In this document: positions 34,351 through 46,504 of the stretch, piece by piece | Position numbering within the stretch: position 1 is the first letter of the stretch | How the letters are laid out: each line of letters starts with the position of its first letter | Assembly (NCBI GenBank): GCA_964016885.1 | Contig: OZ024743.1 | Location: forward strand, 143,220,001 to 143,284,000 | Direction: 5' to 3' | DNA from: Eledone cirrhosa | Taxonomy: Eukaryota | Length of the DNA stretch: 64,000 bases | Notes under the pieces: generated by a model | What the model saw: the letters and a program-made list of their open reading frames with translations, nothing else | Told to the model about the DNA's origin: nothing | Databases searched by the model: none | Program-made: the position numbers and the translations under genes

Positions 34351-37300
34351 TTTGGTGCTTGGTGCTTGGTGTTTGGTGTTTGGTGCTTGCTGCTGACTGC
34401 TTGGTGTTTGGTGCTTGGTGATTGGTGCTAGGTGTTTGGTGCTAGGTGCTTGGTGTTTGGTGCTTGGTGCTTGGTGTTTGTACTTGGTGCTTGGTGTTTG
34501 GTGCTTGGTGCTTGGTGTTTGGTGTTTGGTGCTTGGTGTTTGGTGTTTGGTGCTTGGTGTTTGGTGCTTGGTACTTGGTGCTTGGTGCTTGGTGTTAGGT
34601 GTTTGGTGCTTGGTGCTTGGTGTCTGGTTTTTGGTGCTTGGTGCTTGGTGTTTGGTGTTTGGTGCTTGCTGCTGGCTGCTTGGTGTTTGGTGCTTGGTGA
34701 TTGGTGCTAGGTGTTTGGTGCTAGGTGCTTGGTGCTTGGTGCTTGGTGTTTGTACTTGGTGCTTGGTGTTTGGTGCTTGGTGTTTGGTGTTTGGTGCTTG
34801 GTGTTTGGTGCTTAGTGCTTGGTGCTTGGTGTTTGGTGCTTGGTGTTTGGTGCTTGGTGTTAGGTGTTTGGTGCTTGGTGCTTGGTGTTTGGTGTTTGGT
34901 GCTTGGTGTTTGGTGTTTGGTGTTATATGCTTGGTGTTTGATGCTTGGTGCTTGGTGCTTGGTGTTTGGTGCTTGGTGTTTGATGCTTGGTGCTTGGTGC
35001 TTGGTGTTTGGTGCTTGGTGCTTGGTGTTTGTACTTGGTGCTTGGTGCTTGCTTCTTGGTGTTTGGTGCTTGGTGCTTGGTGTTTGGTGCTTGGTGCTTG
35101 GTGTTTGGTGCTTGGTGTTTGGTGCTTGGTGTTTGGTGCTTGGTACTTGGTGCTTGGTGCTTGGTGTTTGGTGCTTGGTGTTTGGTGCTTGGTGTTAGGT
35201 GTTTGGTGCTTGGTGCTTGGTGTTTGGTGTTTGGTGTTTGGTGCTTGGTGTTTGGTGCTTGGTGTTTGGTGTTAGGTGTTTGGTGCTTGGTGTTTGGTGT
35301 TTGGTGCTTGGTGTTTGGTGCTTGGTGCTTGGTGTTTGGTGCTTGGTGTTTGGTGCTTGGTAATTGGTGCTTGGTGTTAGGTGTTTGGTGCTTGGTGCTT
35401 GGTGTTTGGTTTTTGGTGCTTGGTGTTTGGTGTTTGGTGCTGGCTGCTTGGTGTTTGATGCTTGGTGATGGGTGCTTGGTGTTTGGTGCTTGGTGTTTGG
35501 TGTTTGGTGCTAGGTGCTTGGTGCTTGGTGCTTGGTGTTTGGTGCTTGGTGCTTGGTGTTTGGTGTTTGGTGGTTGGTGTTTGGTGCTTCGTGTTAGGTG
35601 TTTGGTGCTTGGTGCTTGGTGTTTGGTGTTTGGTGCTTGGTGTTTGGTGTTTGGTGCTTGGTGTTTGGTGCTTGGTACTTGGTGCTTGGTGCTTGGTGTT
35701 AGGCGTTTGGTGCTTTTTGCTTGGTGCTTGGTGCTTGGTGTTTGGTGCTTGGTGCTTGATGTTTGGTGCTGGGTGCTTGGTGCTTGGTGTTTGGTGTTTG
35801 GTGCTTGGTGCTTGGTGTTATATGCTTGGTGTTTGATGCTTGGTGCTTGGTGCTTGGTGTTTGGTGTTTGGTGCTTGGTGTTTGATCCTTGGTGCTTGGT
35901 GTTTGGTGTTTGGTGCTTGGTGCTTGGTGTTTGGTGTTTGGTGCTTGCTGCTTGCTGCTTGGTGTTTGGTGTTTTGGTGTTTTGTGCTAGGTGCTTGGTG
36001 CTTGGTACTTGGTGATTGGTGCTTGGTGCTTCGTGTTTTGTGTTTGGTGTTATATGCTTGGTGTTTGATGCTTGGTGCTTGGTGCTTGGTGTTTGGTGCT
36101 TGGTGTTTCATGCGTGGTGCTTGGTGCTTGGTGTTTGGTGCTTGGTGCTTGGTGTTTGTACTTGGTGCTTGGTGCTTGGTTCTTGGTGCTTGATGCTTGG
36201 TGCTTGGTGTTTGGTGCTTGGTGCTTGGTGCTTGGTGCTTGGTGTTTGGTGTTTGGTGCTTGGTGTTTGGTGCTTGGTGTTTGGTGCTTGGTACTTGGTG
36301 CTTGGTGCTTGGTGTTAGGTGTTTGGTGCTTGGTGCTTGGTGCTTGGTGTTTGGTGCTTGGTGTTTGGTGCTTGGTGTTTGGTGCTTGGTGCTTGGTGCT
36401 TGGTGCTTGGTGTTTGGTGGTTGGTGTTTGGTGCTTGGTGTTAGGTGTTTGGTGCTTGGTGCTTGGTGTTTGGTGTTTGGTGCTTGGTGTTTGGTGTTTG
36501 GTGCTTGGTGTTTGGTGCTTTTTGCTTGGTGCTTGGTGTTTGATGCTTGGTGCTTGGTGTTTGGTGCTGGGTGCTTGGTGCTTGGTGTTTGGTGTTTGGT
36601 GCTTGGTGCTTGGTGTTTGGTGTTATATGCTTGGTGTTTGATGCTTGGTGCTTGTTGTTTGGTGTTTGGTGCTTGGTGTTTGATGCTTGGTGCTTGGTGC
36701 TTGGTGTTTGGTGCTTGGTGCTTGGTTTTTGGTGTTATATGCGTGGTGCTTGGTGTTTGGTGCTTGGTGTTTGGTGCTTGGTGCTTGGTGCTTGGTGTTA
36801 GCTGTTTGGTGCTTGGTGCTTGGTGTTTGGTGTTTGGTGCTTGGTGTTTGGTGCTTGGTACTTGGTGCTTGTTGCTTGGTGTTAGGTGTTTGGTGCTTGG
36901 TGCTTGGTGTCTGGTTTTTGGTGCTTGGTGCTTGGTGTTTGGTGTTTGGTGCTTGCTGCTGACTGCTTGGTGTTTGGTGCTTGGTGATTGGTGCTAGGTG
37001 TTTGGTGCTAGGTGCTTGGTGTTTGGTGCTTGGTGCTTGGTGTTTGTACTTGGTGCTTGGTGTTTGGTGCTTGGTGCTTGGTGTTTGGTGTTTGGTGCTT
37101 GGTGTTTGGTGTTTGGTGCTTGGTGTTTGGTGCTTGGTACTTGGTGCTTGGTGCTTGGTGTTAGGTGTTTGGTGCTTGGTGCTTGGTGTCTGGTTTTTGG
37201 TGCTTGGTGCTTGGTGTTTGGTGTTTGGTGCTTGCTGCTGGCTGCTTGGTGTTTGGTGCTTGGTGATTGGTGCTAGGTGTTTGGTGCTAGGTGCTTGGTG

Positions 37301-40300
37301 CTTGGTGCTTGGTGTTTGTACTTGGTGCTTGGTGTTTGGTGCTTGGTGCTTGGTGTTTGGTGTTTGGTGCTTGGTGTTTGGTGCTTAGTGCTTGGTGCTT
37401 GGTGTTTGGTGCTTGGTGTTTGGTGCTTGGTGTTAGGTGTTTGGTGCTTGGTGCTTGGTGTTTGGTGTTTGGTGCTTGGTGTTTGGTGTTTGGTGTTATA
37501 TGCTTGGTGTTTGATGCTTGGTGCTTGGTGCTTGGTGTTTGGTGCTTGGTGTTTGATGCTTGGTGCTTGGTGCTTGGTGTTTGGTGCTTGGTGCTTGGTG
37601 TTTGTACTTGGTGCTTGGTGCTTGCTTCTTGGTGTTTGGTGCTTGGTGCTTGGTGTTTGGTGCTTGGTGCTTGGTGTTTGGTGCTTGGTGTTTGGTGCTT
37701 GGTGTTTGGTGCTTGGTACTTGGTGCTTGGTGCTTGGTGTTTGGTGCTTGGTGTTTGGTGCTTGGTGTTAGGTGTTTGGTGCTTGGTGCTTGGTGTTTGG
37801 TGTTTGGTGTTTGGTGCTTGGTGTTTGGTGCTTGGTGTTTGGTGTTAGGTGTTTGGTGCTTGGTGTTTGGTGTTTGGTGCTTGGTGTTTGGTGCTTGGTG
37901 CTTGGTGTTTGGTGCTTGGTGTTTGGTGCTTGGTAATTGGTGCTTGGTGTTAGGTGTTTGGTGCTTGGTGCTTGGTGTTTGGTTTTTGGTGCTTGGTGTT
38001 TGGTGTTTGGTGCTGGCTGCTTGGTGTTTGATGCTTGGTGATGGGTGCTTGGTGTTTGGTGCTTGGTGTTTGGTGTTTGGTGCTAGGTGCTTGGTGCTTG
38101 GTGCTTGGTGTTTGGTGCTTGGTGCTTGGTGTTTGGTGTTTGGTGGTTGGTGTTTGGTGCTTCGTGTTAGGTGTTTGGTGCTTGGTGCTTGGTGTTTGGT
38201 GTTTGGTGCTTGGTGTTTGGTGTTTGGTGCTTGGTGTTTGGTGCTTGGTACTTGGTGCTTGGTGCTTGGTGTTAGGCGTTTGGTGCTTTTTGCTTGGTGC
38301 TTGGTGCTTGGTGTTTGGTGCTTGGTGCTTGATGTTTGGTGCTGGGTGCTTGGTGCTTGGTGTTTGGTGTTTGGTGCTTGGTGCTTGGTGTTATATGCTT
38401 GGTGTTTGATGCTTGGTGCTTGGTGCTTGGTGTTTGGTGTTTGGTGCTTGGTGTTTGATCCTTGGTGCTTGGTGTTTGGTGTTTGGTGCTTGGTGCTTGG
38501 TGTTTGGTGTTTGGTGCTTGCTGCTTGCTGCTTGGTGTTTGGTGTTTTGGTGTTTTGTGCTAGGTGCTTGGTGCTTGGTACTTGGTGATTGGTGCTTGGT
38601 GCTTCGTGTTTTGTGTTTGGTGTTATATGCTTGGTGTTTGATGCTTGGTGCTTGGTGCTTGGTGTTTGGTGCTTGGTGTTTCATGCGTGGTGCTTGGTGC
38701 TTGGTGTTTGGTGCTTGGTGCTTGGTGTTTGTACTTGGTGCTTGGTGCTTGGTTCTTGGTGTTTGGTGCTTGGTGCTTGGTGTTTGGTGCTAGGTGCTTG
38801 GTGTTTGGTGCTTGGTGTTTGGTGCTTGGTGTTTGGTGCTTGGTGCTTGGTGCTTGGTGCTTGGTGTTTGGTGCTTGGTGTTTGGTGCTTGGTGTTAGGT
38901 GTTTGGTGCTTGGTGCTTGGTGTTTGGTGTTTGGTGCTTGGTGTTTGGTGCTTGGTGTTTGGTGTTAGGTGTTTGGTGCTTGGTGTTTGGTGTTTGGTGC
39001 TTGGTGTTTGGTGCTTGGTGCTTGGTGTTTGGTGCTTGGTGTTTGGTGCCTGGTACTTGGTGCTTGGTGCTTGGTGTTAGGTGTTTGGTGCTTGGTGTTT
39101 GGTTTTTGGTGCTTGGTGTTTGGTGTTTGGTGCTGGCTGCTTGGTGTTTGATGCTTGGTGATTGGTGCTTGGTGTTTGGTGCTTGGTGTTTGGTGTTTGG
39201 TGCTAGGTGCTTGGTGCTTGGTGTTTGGTGCTTGGTGCTTGGTGCTTGGTGTTTGGTGTTTGGTGCTTGGTGCTTGGTGTTTGGTGCTTGGTGCTTGGTG
39301 TTTGGTGGTTGGTGGTTGGTGCTTGGTGTTAGGTGTTTGGTGTTTGGTGCTTGGTGTTTGGTGTTTGGTGCTTGGTGTTTGGTGCTTGGTACTTGGTGCT
39401 TGGTGTTAGGTGTTTGGTGCTTGGTGCTTGGTGCTTGGTGTTTGGTGCTTGGTGTTTGGTTTCTTGGTGCTTGCTGCTTGGTGCTTGGTGCTTGGTGTTT
39501 GGTGGTTGGTGCTTGGTGCTTGGTGTTAGGTGTTTGGTGCTTGGTGCTTGGTGTTTGGTGTTTGGTGCTTGGTGTTTGTACTTGGTGCTTGGTGTTTGGT
39601 GCTTTTTGCTTGGTGCTTGGTGCTTGGTGTTTGGTGCTTGGTGCTTGATGTTTGGTGCTGGGTGCTTGGTGCTTGGTGTTTGGTGTTTGGTGCTTGGTGC
39701 TTGGTGTTATATGCTTGGTGTTTGATGCTTGGTGCTTGGTGCTTGGTGTTTGGTGTTTGGTGCTTGGTGTTTGATCCTTGGTGCTTGGTGTTTGGTGTTT
39801 GGTGCTTGGTGTTTGGTGTTTGGTGCTTGCTGCTTGCTGCTTGGTGTTTGGTGTTTTGGTGTTTTGTGCTAGGTGCTTGGTGTTTGGTACTTGGTGATTG
39901 GTGCTTGGTGCTTCGTGTTTTGTGTTTGGTGTTTGGTCTTTGGTGCTTGGTGTTTGGTGCTTGGTGCTTGGTGCTTGGTGTTTGGTGCTTGGTGCTTGGT
40001 GTTTGGTGTTTGTTGTTTGGTGCTTGGTGTCTGGTGCTTGGTGTTTGGTGCTTGGTGTTTGGTGTTCGGTGTTTGGTGCTTTTTGCTTGGTGCTTGGTGC
40101 TTAGTGTTTGGTGCTTGGTGTTTGGTGCTGGGTGCTTGGTGCTTGGTGTTTGGTGCTTGGTGCTTGGTGATTGGTGTTTGGTGTTATATGCTTGGTGTTT
40201 GATGCTTGGTGCTTGGTGCTTGGTGTTTGGTCTTTGGTGTTTGATGCTTGGTGCTTGGTGCTTGGTGTTTGGTGCTTGGTGCTTGGTGTTTGTACTTGGT

Positions 40301-41650
40301 GCTTGGTGCTTGGTGCTTGTACTTGATGCTTGGTGCTTGGTGCTTGGTGTTTGGAGCTTGGTGTTTGGTGCTTGGTGCTTGGTGCTTGGTGTTTGGTGCT
40401 TGGTGTTTGGTGCTTGGTGTTTGGTGCTTGGTGCTTGGTGCTTGGTGCTTGGTGCTTGGTGTTTGGTGGTTGGTGCTTGGTGCTTTGTGTTAGGTGTCTG
40501 GTGCTTGGTTGTTTGGTGCTTGGTGCTTGGTGCTTGGTGTTAGGTGTCTGGTGCTTGGTGTTTGGTGCTTGGTGTTTGGTGTTCGGTGTTTGGTGCTTTT
40601 TGCTTGGGGCTTGGTGCTTGGTGTTTGGTGCTTGGTGCTTGGTGTTTGGTGCTGGGTGCTTGGTGATTGGTGTTTAGTGTTATATGCTTGGTGTTTGATG
40701 CTTGGTGCTTGGTGCTTGGTGTTTGGTCTTTGGTGTTTGATGCTTGGTGCCTGGTGCTTGGTGTTTGGTGCTTGGTGCTTGGTGTTTGTACTTGGTGCTT
40801 GGTGCTTGGTGCTTGGTGTTTGGTGCTTGGTGCTTGGTGCTTGGTGCTTGGTGTTTGGTGTTTGGTGCTTGGTGTTTGGTGCTTGGTACTTGGTGCTTGG
40901 TGCTTGGTGTTAGGTGTTTGGTGCTTGGTGCTTGGTGCTTGGTGTTTGGTGCTTGGTGTTTGGTGCTTGGTGTTTGGTGCTTGGTGCTTGGTGCTTGGTG
41001 CTTGGTGTTTGGTGGTTGGTGTTTGGTGCTTGGTGTTAGGTGTTTGGTGCTTGGTGCTTGGTGTTTGGTGTTTGGTGCTTGGTGTTTGGTGTTTGGTGCT
41101 TGGTGTTTGGTGCTTTTTGCTTGGTGCTTGGTGTTTGATGCTTGGTGCTTGGTGTTTGGTGCTGGGTGCTTGGTGCTTGGTGTTTGGTGTTTGGTGCTTG
41201 GTGCTTGGTGTTTGGTGTTATATGCTTGGTGTTTGATGCTTGGTGCTTGTTGTTTGGTGTTTGGTGCTTGGTGTTTGATGCTTGGTGCTTGGTGCTTGGT
41301 GTTTGGTGCTTGGTGCTTGGTTTTTGGTGTTATATGCTTGGTGCTTGGTGTTTGGTGCTTGGTGTTTGGTGCTTGGTGCTTGGTGCTTGGTGTTAGCTGT
41401 TTGGTGCTTGGTGCTAGGTGTTTGGTGTTTGGTGCTTGGTGTTTGGTGCTTGGTACTTGGTGCTTGATGCTTGGTGTTAGGTGTTTGGTGCTTGGTGCTT
41501 GGTGTCTGGTTTTTGGTGCTTGGTGCTTGGTGTTTGGTGTTTGGTGCTTGCTGCTGACTGCTTGGTGTTTGGTGCTTGGTGATTGGTGCTAGGTGTTTGG
41601 TGCTAGGTGCTTGGTGTTTGGTGCTTGGTGCTTGGTGTTTGTACTTGGTG
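29950..41650 (+). repeat. ~4.6-kb higher-order unit repeated, with a nested 2,573-bp tandem duplication (about 33.7-38.75 kb)
   Basis: CATGCGTGG at 31549/36109/38682 (4,560 and 2,573). GGTAATTGG at 30750/35359/37932 (4,609 and 2,573). GGAGC at 33206/40353 (7,147, about 4.57 + 2.57 kb). GCTGACTGC near 34392, 36958 and 41553. Confidence 0.85.
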
Positions 41651-44600
41651 CTTGGTGTTTGGTGCTTGGTGCTTGGTGTTTGGTGTTTGGTGCTTGGTGC
41701 TTGGTGTTTGGTGTTTGGTGCTTGGTGTTTGGTGTTTGGTGTTTGGTGTTTGGTGTTATATGCTTGGTGTTTGATGCTTGGTGCTTGGTGCTTGGTGTTT
41801 GGTGCTTGGTGCTTGGTGTTTGGTGCTTGGTGCTTGGTGCTTGGTGTTTGGTGCTTGATGTTTGGTGCTTGGTGTTAGGTGTTTGGTGCTTGGTGCTTGG
41901 TGTTTGGTGTTTGGTGCTTGGTGTTTGGTGTTTGGTGTTATATGCTTGGTGTTTGATGCTGGGTGCTTGGTGCTTGGTGTTTGGTGCTTGGTGTTTAGTG
42001 CTTGGTGTTTGATGCTTGGTGCTTGGTGCTTGGTGTTTGGTGCTTGGTGTTTGTACTTGGTGCTTGGTGCTTGGTTCTTGGTGTTTGGTGCTTGGTGCTT
42101 GGTGTTTGGTGCTTGGTGCTTGGTGTTTGGTGCTTGGTGTTTGGTGCTTGGTGTTTGGTGCTTGGTGCTTGGTGCTTGGTGTTTGGTGCTTGGTGTTTGG
42201 TGCTTGGTGTTTGGTGTTTGGTGCTTGGTGTTTGGTGTTTGGTGTTAGGTGTTTGGTGCTTGGTGTTTGGTGTTTGGTGCTTGGTGTTTGGTGCTTGGTG
42301 CTTGGTGTTTGGTGCTTGGTGTTTGGTGCTTGGTACTTGGTGCTTGGTGCTTGGTGTTAGGTGTTTGGTGCTTGGTGTTTGGTTTTTGGTGCTTGGTGTT
42401 TGGTGCTTGGTGTTTGGTGTTTGGTGCTGGCTGCTTTGTGTTTGATGCTTGGTGATTGGTGTTTGGTGCTAGGTGCTTGGTGCTTGGTGTTTGGTGCTTG
42501 GTGCTTGGTGCTTGGTGTTTGGTGTTTGGTATTGGTGCTTGGTGTTTGGTGCTTTGTGCTTGGTGCTTGGTGTTTGGTGGTTGGTGTTTGGTGCTTGGTG
42601 TTAGGTGTTTGGTGCTTGGTGCTTGGTGTTTGGTGTTTGGTGCTTGGTGTTTGGTGTTTGGTGCTTGGTGTTTGGTGCTTGGTACTTGGTGCTTGGTGCT
42701 TGGTGTTAGGTGTTTGGTGCTTGGTGCTTGGTGCTTGGTGTTTGGTGCTTGGTGTTTGGTGCTTGGTGCCTGCTGCTTGGTGCGTGGTGCTTGGTGTTTG
42801 GTGGTTGGTGTTTGGTGCTTGGTGTTAGGTGTTTTATGCTTGGTGCTTGGTGTTTGGTGTTTGGTGCTTGGTGTTTGGTGTTTGGTGCTTGGTGTTTGGT
42901 GCTTTTTGCTTGGTGCTTGGTGCTTGGTGTTTGGTGCTTGGTGCTTGATGTTTGGTGCTGGGTGCTTGGTGCTTGGTGTTTGGTGTTTGGTGCTTGGTGC
43001 TTGGTGTTATATGCTTGGTGTTTGATGCTTGGTGCTTGGTGCTTGGTGTTTGGTGTTTGGTGCTTGGTGTTTGATCCTTGGTGCTTGGTGTTTGGTGCTT
43101 GGTGCTTGGTGTTTGGTGTTTGGTGCTTGCTGCTTGCTGCTTGGTGTTTGGTGTTTTGGTGTTTTGTGCTAGGTGCTTGGTGTTTGGTACTTGGTGATTG
43201 GTGTTTGGTGTTTGGTGCTTGCTGCTTGGTGTTTGGTGTTTGTTGTTTGGTGCTTGGTGTCTGGTGCTTGGTGTTTGGTGCTTGGTGTTTGGTGTTCGGT
43301 GTTTGGTGCTTTTTGCTTGGTGCTTGGTGCTTGGTGTTTGGTGCTTGGTGCTTGGTGCTGGGTGCTTGGTGCTTGGTGTTTGGTGTTTGGTGCTTGGTGC
43401 TTGGTGATTGGTGTTTTGTGTTATATGCTTGGTGTTTGATGCTTGGTGCTTGGTGTTTGGTCTTTGGTGTTTGATGCTTGGTGCTTGGTGCTTGGTGTTT
43501 GGTGCTTGGTGCTTGGTGTTTGTACTTGGTGCTTGGTGCTTGGTGCTTGGTGTTTGGTGCTTGGTGTTTGGTGCTTGGTACTTGGTGTTTGGTGCTCTGT
43601 GTTTGGTGCTTGGTGTTTGGTGCTTGGTGCTTGGTGCTTGGTGCTTGGTGTTTGGTGGTTGGTGGTTGGTGCTTGGTGTTAGGTGTTTGGTGCTTGGTGC
43701 TTGGTGTTTGGTGCTTGGTGTTAGGTGTTTGGTGCTTGGTGCTCTGTGTTTGGTGCTTGGTGTTTGGTGCTTGGTGCTTGGTGCTTGGTGCTTGGTGTTT
43801 GGTGGTTGGTGGTTGGTGCTTGGTGTTTGGTGTTTGGTGCTTGCTGCTGGCTGCTTGGTGTTTGGTGCTTGGTGATTGGTGCTTGGTGTTTGGTGTTTGG
43901 TGTTTGGTGCTAGGTGCTTGGTGTTTGGTGCTTGGTGCTTGGTGTTTGTACTTGGTGCTTGGTGCTTGGTTCTTGGTGTTTGGTGCTTGGTACTTGGTGT
44001 TTGGTGCTTGGTGCTTGGTGTTTGGTGCTTGGTGTTTGGTGCTTGGTGTTTGGTGTTTGGTGCTTGGTGCTTGGTGCTTGGTGCTTGGTGTTTGGTGTTT
44101 GGTGCTTGGTGTTTGGTGTTTGGTGTTATATGCTTGGTGTTTGATGCTTGGTGCTTGGTGCTTGGTGTTTGGTGCTTGGTGTTTGATGCTTGGTGCTTGG
44201 TGCTTGGTGTTTGGTGCTTGGTGCTTGGTGTTTGTACTTGGTGCTTGGTGCTTGGTTCTTGGTGTTTGGTGCTTGGTGCTTGGTGTTTGGTGCTTGGTGC
44301 TTGGTGTTTGGTGCTTGGTGTTTGGTGCTTGGTGTTTGGTGCTTGGTGCTTGGTGTTTGGTGCTTGGTGTTTGGTGCTTGGTGTTTGGTGCTTGGTGTTA
44401 GGTGTTTGGTGCTTGGTGCTTGGTGTTTGGTGTTTGATGCTTGGTGTTTGGTGCTTGGTGTTTGTTATTAGGTGTTTGGTGCTTGGTGTTTGGTGTTTGG
44501 TGCTTGGTGTTTGGTGCTTGGTGCTTGGTGTTTGGTGTTTGGTGCTTGGAGTTTGGTGCTTGGTACTTGGTGCTTGGTGTTAGGTGTTTGGTGCTTGGTG

Positions 44601-46504
44601 CTTGGTGTTTGGTTTTTGGTGCTTGGTGCTTGGTGTTTGGTGTTTGGTGCTTGCTGCTGGCTGCTTGGTGTTTGATGCTTGGTGATTGGTGCTTGGTGTT
44701 TGGTGCTTGGTGCTTGGTGTTTGGTGCTAGGTGCTTGGTGTTTGGTGCTTGGTGCTTGGTGCTTGGTGTTTGGTGTTTGGTGTTTGGTGCTTGGTGCTTG
44801 GTGTTTGGTGCTTGGTTCTGGGTGGATGGTGTTTAGTGCTTGGTGTTTGGTGCTGGGTGCTTGGTGTTTGGTGCTTGGTGCTTGGTCTTTGGTGCTTGGT
44901 GTTTGGTGTTTGGTGCTTGGTGCTTGGTGCTTGGTGTTTGGTGCTTGGTGCTTGGTGCTTGGTGTTTGGTGCTTGGTGCTTAGTGTTTGGTGCTAGGTGC
45001 TTGGTCTTTGGTGCTTGGTGCTTGGTGTTTGGTGCCTGGTGCTTGGTGTTTGGTGTTTGGTGTTTGGTGCTTGGTGCTTGGTGTTTGGTGTTTGCTGTTT
45101 GGTGTTTGTTGTTTGGTGTTTGTTGTTTGGTGTTTGCTGTTTGGTGTTTGGTGTTTGCTTTTTGGTGTTTGGTGTTTGCTGTATGTTGTTTCCTGTTTGG
45201 TGTTTGGTGTTTGGTGTTTGGTGCTTGGTGCTTGGTGTTTGGTGCTTGGTGCTTGGTGTTTGGTGACTGGTGCTTGGTGCTTGGTGCTTGGTGTTTGGTG
45301 TTTGGTGCTTGGTGCTTGGTGCTTGGTGTTTGGTGTTTGGTGCTTGGTGCTTGGTGTTTTGTGTTTCGTGTTTGGTTTTTGGTGCTTGGTGCTTGGTGCT
45401 TGGTCCTTGGTGTTTGATGCTGGGTGCTTTGTGTTTGGTGCTTGGTGCTTGGTGTTTGGTGTTTGCTGCTTGGTGTTTGATGCTTGGTGCTTGGTGCTTG
45501 GTGTTTTGTGTTTGGTGCTTGGTGCTTGGTGTTTGGTGCTTGGTGCTTGGTGCTTGGTGTTTGTACTTGGTGCTTGGTGTTTGGTGCCTGGTGCTTGGTG
45601 CTTGGTGCTTGGTGTTTGGTGTTTGGTGCTTGGTGCTTGGTGCTTGGAGTTTGGTGTTTGGTGCTTGGTGTTTTGTGTTTGGTGTTTTGTGTTTGGTGTT
45701 TGGTTTTTGGTGCTTGGTGCTTGGTCCTTGGTGTTTGGTGCTGGGTGCTTTGTGTTTGGTGCTTGGTGCTTGGTGTTTGGTGTTTGCTGCTTGGTGTTTG
45801 ATGCTTGGTGCTTGGTGCTTGGTGTTTTGTGTTTGGTGCATGGTTCTTGGTGTTTGGTGCTTGGTGCTTGGTGCTTGGTGTTTGTACTTGGTGCTTGGTG
45901 CTTGGTTCTTGGTTCTTGGTGTTTGGTACTTGGTGCTTGGTGCTTGATGTTTGGTGTTTGGTGCTTGGTGTTTGGTGCTTGGTGCTTGGTGCTTGGTGTT
46001 TTGTGTTTGGTGCTTGGTTCTTGGTGTTTGGTGCTTGGTGGTTGGTGCTTGGTGTTTGTACTTGATGCTTGGTGCTTGGTGTTTGGTTCTTGGTTCTTGG
46101 TGTTTGGTACTTGGTGCTTGGTGTTTGGTGTTTGCTGTTTGGTGTTTGGTGTTTGCTGTTTGCTGTTTGCTGTTTGGTGTCTGCTTTTTGGTGTTTAGTG
46201 TTTGCTGTATGGTGTTTGGTGTTTGGTGCTTGGTGTTTGGTGCTTGGTGCTTGGTGTTTGGTGCTTGGTGTTTGGTGCTTGGTGTTTGGTGCTTGGTGTT
46301 TGGTGTTAGGTGTTTGGTGCTTGGTGTTTGGTGTTTGGTGCTTGGTGTTTGGTGCTTGGTGTTTGGTGCTTGGTGTTTGGTGCTTGGTACTTGGTTCTTG
46401 GTGTTAGGTGTTTGGTGCTTGGTGCTTGGTGTTTGGTTTTTGGTGCTTGGTGTTTGGTGTTTGGTGCTGGCTGCTTGGTGTTTGATGCTTGGTGATTGGT
46501 GTTT

